Assembly (NCBI GenBank): GCA_963665655.1
Contig: OY762429.1
Location: 181,444 to 245,443 of the forward strand
Source: Terriglobia bacterium
GTDB lineage: Bacteria; Acidobacteriota; Terriglobia; Versatilivoradales; Versatilivoraceae
Direction of reading: 5' to 3'
Length of the DNA stretch: 64,000 bases
The translations under genes and the position numbers were made by a program. The notes under the pieces are model-generated. The model was not told the origin of the DNA, did not search any database, and saw only the letters and a list, made by a program, of their open reading frames with translations. Below, piece by piece: positions 58,261 through 64,000 of this stretch (within the stretch, counting starts at the first letter, position 1; the number at the start of each line of letters is the position of its first letter).

Positions 58261-59521
58261 GATCCTGGTCAAAGGGGGTAGCGCGCTACGGGGCAAGGTC
58301 ACCGTCAGCGGCGCCAAGAACGCGGCCCTTCCGGCCATGGCGGCCTCCCTGCTGACGGAGGAGCCTGTCAGGCTGCGCAATTTGCCAAGGGTTCGCGACA
58401 TTCACACCACCGGGCGCCTCCTTCGGGAAATGGGCTGCCGGGTCGGTTTGGAAAACTCGAGGAAGAACCATGGCTGTGAACTGGTCGCCGGAAATGACAT
58501 CTCCTGCTTCGCCCCCTACGAGAGGGTCAAGACCATGCGTTCATCGGTCCTGGTTCTGGGACCGCTGCTGGCCCGCTTCGGCCGGGCTCGCGTGTCCCTG
58601 CCCGGAGGTTGCGCCATTGGAGCCCGCCCCATCGACCTCCACATCAAGGGGCTGAAGAAACTCGGCGCCAGCCTGAGCATCGAGCACGGTTACGTCGAGG
58701 CCAAGGCGCCTCGCCTGACCGGAGAAAAGGTGGTCTTCGACCGGATCACCGTCACCGGGACCGAAAACCTGATGATGGCTGCCTGCCTGGCGAAAGGCGA
58801 GACCATCCTGCACAACGCCGCCCGCGAGCCGGAGGTCATCGATCTGGCCGATTTGCTGCGCTCCATGGGGGCCCGGATCGAGGGAGACGGAAGCAGCACC
58901 ATTCGCATTCAGGGGAGGCCCGAGCTGGGCGGAGCCGACCACACCATCATTCCCGACCGCATCGAGGCGGGCACCTTCATGGTGGCCGGAGCCATTACCG
59001 GAGGCTCGGTGGAACTGGTCGATTGTCGTCCCGAGCACCTGACGGCCGTGATCGAGAAATTGGAAGAAACCGGCATCGCCATCGAACGCAGTGGCCCTGA
59101 CGCCTGCCGGGTGACGGCCCCCCGCCGGCTTCAGGCCAGGGATGTCACCACCATGGAGTATCCGGGCTTCGCCACCGACATGCAGGCGCAGTACATGGCG
59201 CTGATGACCCAGGCTCACGGGTCTTCCATCATCACCGAGACCATATTCGAGAGCCGCTTCCTGCACGCCAGCGAGCTGGTGCGGATGGGAGCCGACATCC
59301 GGATCGAGGGCAACCGGGCCGTGATCTCGGGCCACAGGGACCTGACGGGGGCCAAGGTGCTGGCCTCCGATCTGAGAGCCAGCGCCTCCCTGATCCTGGC
59401 GGGCCTGGTTGCCAGCGGAGAGACACTGGTTCAACGGGTGTACCACCTGGACCGCGGCTACGAAGCCATTGAGAAGAAGCTGAAGGCGCTGGGGGCTGGA
59501 ATCCAGCGCATCTCCGATTGA
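58253..59521 (+). CDS. murA: UDP-N-acetylglucosamine 1-carboxyvinyltransferase
   Basis: SGAKNAALP, LPGGCAIGARPIDLH, PDRIEAGTF, YPGFATDMQAQ, DLRASA, HLDRGYE; TTG start overlapping nagA. Confidence 0.96.
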   Translation: MDKILVKGGSALRGKVTVSGAKNAALPAMAASLLTEEPVRLRNLPRVRDIHTTGRLLREMGCRVGLENSRKNHGCELVAGNDISCFAPYERVKTMRSSVLVLGPLLARFGRARVSLPGGCAIGARPIDLHIKGLKKLGASLSIEHGYVEAKAPRLTGEKVVFDRITVTGTENLMMAACLAKGETILHNAAREPEVIDLADLLRSMGARIEGDGSSTIRIQGRPELGGADHTIIPDRIEAGTFMVAGAITGGSVELVDCRPEHLTAVIEKLEETGIAIERSGPDACRVTAPRRLQARDVTTMEYPGFATDMQAQYMALMTQAHGSSIITETIFESRFLHASELVRMGADIRIEGNRAVISGHRDLTGAKVLASDLRASASLILAGLVASGETLVQRVYHLDRGYEAIEKKLKALGAGIQRISD

Positions 59522-59605
59522 AGCCGACCATGCCCCGGGGCTTGATGGATTAGGGTATAATCCGAGGGTTTCTTCGGTGACTCGACCAAAAAGAGGCTTG
59601 CTGCC

Positions 59606-60100
59606 ATGCCAGATCGCGGAGATGGGATATTGTCGGCGATGTCGGACTTCGTCAAGGAATACCAGTGCCCGGCCTGCAGCTCGGCAATGAAGGTGGCGCC
59701 CGTCTGGGATTTCGTTCTGGGCAAGGGATGGTCGGCCTGCGGGCACTGCTGGAAGACCTACCGGCTCAAGGAAGGCGCTCAACTCGACGGCTACAGCGTC
59801 AAAGCCGAGGATCTCGAACCCGTCTCCGGGGAAACCGACGCCAACAGCGCCAGCGGCTATGTCTGGAACGCTGTCAAATTGGAGAGCAGCCGGGTGGCAG
59901 CCGTGGACTTCTTCGTGAGCGTTGCCTTCACCGCCTTTTTCGACGGCCTGGAGCGGAACTACCCGGTCCTCAGCCAGCAGGACTTCGACGTCACCTGGCG
60001 CTACCTCTCCCAGGCGGGAGCCTTTGCCGTCGACAGTCTCGACACCCGCATCATCGCCGACGCCTTCGAAAAGGTGGAGCGCTACAAGCCGACGAGCTGA
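59606..60100 (+). CDS. Hypothetical protein with N-terminal zinc ribbon
   Basis: CPAC...CGHC pair; coding-like GC3 bias; start may be 59639. Confidence 0.65.
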   Translation: MPDRGDGILSAMSDFVKEYQCPACSSAMKVAPVWDFVLGKGWSACGHCWKTYRLKEGAQLDGYSVKAEDLEPVSGETDANSASGYVWNAVKLESSRVAAVDFFVSVAFTAFFDGLERNYPVLSQQDFDVTWRYLSQAGAFAVDSLDTRIIADAFEKVERYKPTS

Positions 60101-60109
60101 TTTGCGGAT

Positions 60110-60924
60110 CGTGTGCCTGGCCGGCGTCAACTTTCAGAGCGGCCAGGCCGGCTACACGCTGGCTGGAGGCCTGGGCGGCCAACTGGGCTTTTTCCTGGCT
60201 CACTCCCTGGCCGGGTCCGGTCAGCGCTACCTCGATCCGGTGGACCCGGGCAACTTCAACAACCGGGGGTGGGCCCAGCGGTTCCACTCCCGGATGGACT
60301 GGCATCCCTCGACCCGCGACCTATTGGTCTTGAACCTGTCCGGCCACGGAAGCCGCTTTCGGGTCACCCATACGCTTGCACAGGAGCAGGCCGGGCAGCG
60401 CCAGCGCCAGCGGCTGGACGACAACCACCAGTCGTTTGCCTGGCAGATTGTTCATGCCACCTCAGATCGAGGACCTGCTGCTCTCCTCCTCCGAACAGGC
60501 CCGGCGACTCTCTCCGTTCGCAACGCCCGAGGGCGTGGGCGGCGCGCGGGTCGCTCCCGAGAGCCAGCATGCCTTCGAGGTGGGATTCGGCTACGAGCAT
60601 CCCTCCCGATTCTGGTTCGGTCTGTCGGGGCGCTACGAAAGCGGGCCGCCCCTGGAAGTGGAGCTGGACGAGCTGGACGAGCTGCGGGAGCGACCGGGAG
60701 CCGAACTGGTCAACTTCGAACGCGGGCGCATCGAGCCCAGGGCCCTCTTCGATTTCTCGCTGGGCAAGGATTTCTTCTCAGACCGGCGCGTTACCCTCCG
60801 GACCCAGTTCGACATCCGCAACCTGACCAACCGGCGTTTCGCCTACAATTTCGGCAATCCCTTCAGCGGGACCCACTTCGGGCATCCTCGGATGTGGAGC
60901 GGCCGCATCCGGTTCGGATTCTGA
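60110..60924 (+). pseudogene. TonB-dependent receptor remnant with internal deletions and frameshift
   Basis: Fragments RYLDPVDPGNFNNRG, RLFMPPQIEDLL...PESQHAFEVG, and C-terminal NLTNRRFAYNFGNPFSGTHFG.PR...IRFGF in two frames. Confidence 0.7.
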
Positions 60925-61032
60925 GCCGCCCGCCCGATTTCAAACGCTGGTTTTCCGGCGGGTCATTCGGTAAGCTGTAGGCTTTTGCCCGTTTCTCACC
61001 AGGACGCTGAGCAGAAGGTAAACCGGAATCCA

Positions 61033-61665
61033 GTGAACAACAAAAAATCCCCTGCCCTGACCCTAGCCGCCCTGGCCGGGATACTCTTCGGCCTGATGGC
61101 CCTCTCCTGTGGGCCGGCTCCCGAGCCGGAGCCTGATCCCGAACCGCCAAAACCTCCCTCGCCGGCATCGGCTCAAACGGCCTTCCACCGGCTCTACGTT
61201 CAGGCCCGACACTGGTCCGCCGATGCGCTGCCACTCCGCTTGTCGAGCTTCGATCTCAAGGAGGTCCCCGGCAAGGCCGGAAGGTACGCGGTGTGGCAGG
61301 CCACCTTCGTGTCGCCACAAAAGCAAAAATCCGTCACCTACACCTACTCGGTGGTCAAATCCGGCACCAGCATCCGCAAAGGGGTCCGAGCCGGCATACC
61401 GGAAGCCTGGTCGGGAAGAGGACAGGCCCGACCCTTCATCATTCAGCTCTTCAAGATCGACTCGACCAAGGCCTACGACAAGGCGGCGGAAAAGAGCACG
61501 GCCTTTCTCAAGAAAAACCCCGATCTCCCCATCCACTTCCTGCTGGAATCCACCCCCCGATACACCCACCCGGTCTGGCGCGTGATCTGGGGCGAAACCC
61601 GCGGCTCCGCCAAGCGCACGGTCTTCGTGGACGCAGCCACCGGCCTCCGCCTGAATACCTTGTAG
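61033..61665 (+). CDS. Hypothetical lipoprotein
   Basis: Basic N-terminus, hydrophobic stretch, LSC lipobox, Pro-rich linker; PepSY-like end VFVDAATG; start uncertain. Confidence 0.7.
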   Translation: MNNKKSPALTLAALAGILFGLMALSCGPAPEPEPDPEPPKPPSPASAQTAFHRLYVQARHWSADALPLRLSSFDLKEVPGKAGRYAVWQATFVSPQKQKSVTYTYSVVKSGTSIRKGVRAGIPEAWSGRGQARPFIIQLFKIDSTKAYDKAAEKSTAFLKKNPDLPIHFLLESTPRYTHPVWRVIWGETRGSAKRTVFVDAATGLRLNTL

Positions 61666-61739
61666 TTCCCCGGAGCCTGAGGGCCGCGGCCGCCACCGCT
61701 GCAAGGCAAAAAACTCAAGCCTGCCGATTCCGGTTGGGC

Positions 61740-63092
61740 TCAGTCCGCCGGGGGGAACGTCCTTTCCATTTCTCTGCGAACGAGAACGGCGGGGTCGGCG
61801 GGATCGCAGCGCACGTCGGACCAGCCGATCGGGGTGCCTGCGGGAACGTGGTTGAGGAGGGTTACCTTGTGGGCCAGGCCGATGGGAAGGCCTCCAGTTC
61901 GAATGGCCGTGGCCGAAGGTTGCAGTCTGCCGTAGACGGTATGGCCGCCTTCTCCGTCGAGCACTTCGCCGGCCGAGAGATCCCGCTTGGCCGTGGCCAC
62001 CACGTCCCCCGCAAATGCGGCGGGAGATCCGGTCGCTTCTCCGGCCAGTCCCGCTTTGAGCACACTGACCGACAGTTCCATGCCCACCAGGTGAACCGGC
62101 CGGTAAAGAGCCGCGTAACTGCCGCTTTCATCGGTCTGTAGACCATATTCGGTAAAGCATTCCTTTACGTATTCGTTTGGCCCTTCAAAGGTGACGTACA
62201 CACCCCAGCGCAGGTCGCCGGGTACCGGACGGCCATCTCTCTCCAGGCTGGAGACGACCTCAACCGTTCCCGAGCGCGACAGACACCCCCCGCTGGAGCG
62301 CGGGCGGCAAACCTCCGCAAGCCGATCCTGCCCGCAAGGTGGAAAATTCAGGCCTTCCGCCTGGGGTTGAAGCCCGGTGGCGTTGGCCACGGCGGCCATC
62401 TCGATGGCCGACTTGGTGCCGTCCAGAAAGGAATTGAACATCCTGGGATTGAGCTCGCCTCCCGCCACCTTGGCCTGGCTGAATCCATAGTGTTCCCATA
62501 CCGTGTCCGGGGTGGAGGCATGAAATTGAGGAAGGTGCCTGGTCCCCTTGCCCGCGCACACCACCTCGAAGCCGCTGCACCGGGCCCAATCCACCAATTC
62601 GCAGATCAGCGCCGGCTGGTCCCCGTAAGCCAGGCTGTAGACGACGCCGGCCCGCCTCGCACGCTGGGCCAAGAGGGGGCCGGCAACCACGTCGGCCTCC
62701 ACGTTGACCATGACCAGGTGCTTGCCCTGCTCGATGGCCATCGAGGCGTGACCGATCCCGGCGACCGGGTCGCCCGTGGCTTCCACGACGACGTCCACGC
62801 CCTCTGCCGACAACAGCGCCTCGGCATCTTCCGACAGCCAGGTCGAGCCCTTGTTGATGGACTCCTGGAGGTCGCCGGCCCCGAATTGCTCGTCAGGCCA
62901 ACCGGCCCGCCAAAGTGCCTGGCTCGCCTTGTCCCTGGAGAGATCCACCACCCCGGCCAGATGCAGCCCCTTCAGGCGGCGGGCCTGGCTGAAGAACATG
63001 GTGGCGAACTTCCCCGCCCCGATCACCCCAACCCGGAGCGGGTTGCCCGCCTCGGCCCGGGCAGCCAATTCCTGCAACAAGGATTTTCTCAT
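61740..63092 (-). CDS. NAD(P)-dependent oxidoreductase, homoserine dehydrogenase-like, with C-terminal SAF domain
   Basis: VGVIGAGKF, VEATG, NVEAD, GDQP, SFLDGTKSAIEM, AKRDL..GEVLDGEGG. Confidence 0.88.
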   Translation of the reverse strand: MRKSLLQELAARAEAGNPLRVGVIGAGKFATMFFSQARRLKGLHLAGVVDLSRDKASQALWRAGWPDEQFGAGDLQESINKGSTWLSEDAEALLSAEGVDVVVEATGDPVAGIGHASMAIEQGKHLVMVNVEADVVAGPLLAQRARRAGVVYSLAYGDQPALICELVDWARCSGFEVVCAGKGTRHLPQFHASTPDTVWEHYGFSQAKVAGGELNPRMFNSFLDGTKSAIEMAAVANATGLQPQAEGLNFPPCGQDRLAEVCRPRSSGGCLSRSGTVEVVSSLERDGRPVPGDLRWGVYVTFEGPNEYVKECFTEYGLQTDESGSYAALYRPVHLVGMELSVSVLKAGLAGEATGSPAAFAGDVVATAKRDLSAGEVLDGEGGHTVYGRLQPSATAIRTGGLPIGLAHKVTLLNHVPAGTPIGWSDVRCDPADPAVLVRREMERTFPPAD

Positions 63093-63247
63093 TCGGATCC
63101 TTTGAGCCGATACGTCATGAGCAGGCAGCGCCCCCGCCCCCCACGATGGGGCGGATCATTCGAGAGTGAAACAGGGTTGTTTTGCAACAAATTGCAGGTT
63201 CCGAGAGCAGGTAAGCGCCTTGTAACGTGGTTGCATTCTATTTTTCG

Positions 63248-63570
63248 TGAACATGGATGCACAGGATTAACAGGATAAACAGGACGAGAGGTTCCTGCGC
63301 CGGAAGCCGGCTCGGGCAATGATCCGGTGCGGGCTTGCGGATGCTCAGGATTGCAAGCCAGCCGTTTCCTGAAAATCCTGCGCATCGATGTAAAAAATCC
63401 CTGTAAAACACGAGGCGGTGAGGCCCCGTCCGGCTCGACTGTGTCAAGGTGTGCATCAGGCGACTTGCCTGACTCCCCGGCAGGATGCAAGCCATGTTCC
63501 TGCGTCCCTTGGCGGCCCTTCGTCTTTCTTCGTGTGTCTTCGTGGTCCTTCGTGCAACTTCGTGGATGAC
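63248..63570. repeat. Cluster of short dispersed-type repeats (ACAGGAT-type and CTTCGTG-type)
   Basis: acaggattaacaggataaacaggac at ~63261; cttcgtctttcttcgtgtgtcttcgtggtccttcgtgcaacttcgtg at ~63518. Confidence 0.6.
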
Positions 63571-63762
63571 TCTTTTTTGTTTTTTGTCGTTGTTTCAGGC
63601 AAGTTCCGCCCCTGCCCCCACGACGGGCAAATCATCCAGGGGTGAAGAAACAAGGGTTGTTTCACGCGAGCGCTTGGTGACGTGGTCGCACTCTTTTAAC
63701 ATCTGTGCCAAGATCAACAAGATGCTTGACGTGTCGATCACAAGACTCTCCACTCTCCACTA

Positions 63763-64000
63763 GTGTAGTGTCTCACAAATAGATTGACAATTACCTGGTC
63801 AGTGTGTATGCTGGAGCTCATGTGGAAATCTGCCCCAACATTACCGATCACGCCTCAACAGAAAGAAACCTTGCAACGCTGGGTGCGGGCTCACCATACC
63901 CCCCAAAGCGTCGCCACCCGCTGCCGGATTGTTTTGATGGCGGCCGAAGGCATATCCAACAATCAGATTGCCAAACATCTCACCGTCACCCGTCCAACGG
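63763..64000 (+). mobile_element. IS630-family element, left end and transposase 5' part (partial at window edge)
   Basis: cTA-gtgtagtgtctcacaaat end; TTGACA-N17-TATGCT promoter at 63784; ATG at 63820 gives MWKSAPTLPITPQQKETLQRWVRAHHTPQSVATRCRIVLMAAEGISNNQIA. Confidence 0.85.

Noticed and set aside
63248-63570. Possible CRISPR array among the short repeats
   Set aside because: Units are 7-10 bp and degenerate, with no constant repeat-spacer period and no cas genes; no CRISPR array was seen anywhere in the window.

Overview
GC-rich bacterial chromosome segment. Acidobacteriota is inferred from gene content and is not proven. The backbone is housekeeping and metabolic: xerD, lpxD-murJ, tRNA-Thr, a Tes/GDGT-MAS-like radical SAM enzyme, uxaA-like, gpsA-cinA-pgpA-yacG-rimO, menC/NAAAR, phoX and nagZ-nagA-murA. 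Two accessory zones interrupt it. (1) A ~15-kb decaying island (~14.7-30.1 kb) abuts the 3' end of tRNA-Ser(GGA). It carries an apparently intact type III CBASS (cap6/TRIP13, two HORMAs, CdnD-like cyclase, Cap4-like nuclease-SAVED), a Hachiman-like nuclease plus Ski2-like helicase pair directly behind a truncated type I hsdS, a broken FitAB-type TA, a P4-like integrase remnant, IS4 and IS630. (2) A nested IS/MITE pile-up (38.7-42.6 kb) includes an ISAs1 whose transposase carries a DUF4338/DruA-like N-terminal domain; it splits a divergent GcvPA/GcvPB + M20 + AcoX/NAD-kinase-like cluster that has no gcvT in the window. The best candidates for undescribed biology are that divergent GcvP cluster, the hsdS-linked Hachiman-like pair, a promoter-driven ~360-nt hairpin-rich non-coding region at 53.6-54.0 kb, and the DUF4338-ISAs1 fusion. 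All family assignments come from motif recognition by eye; no database searches were run.
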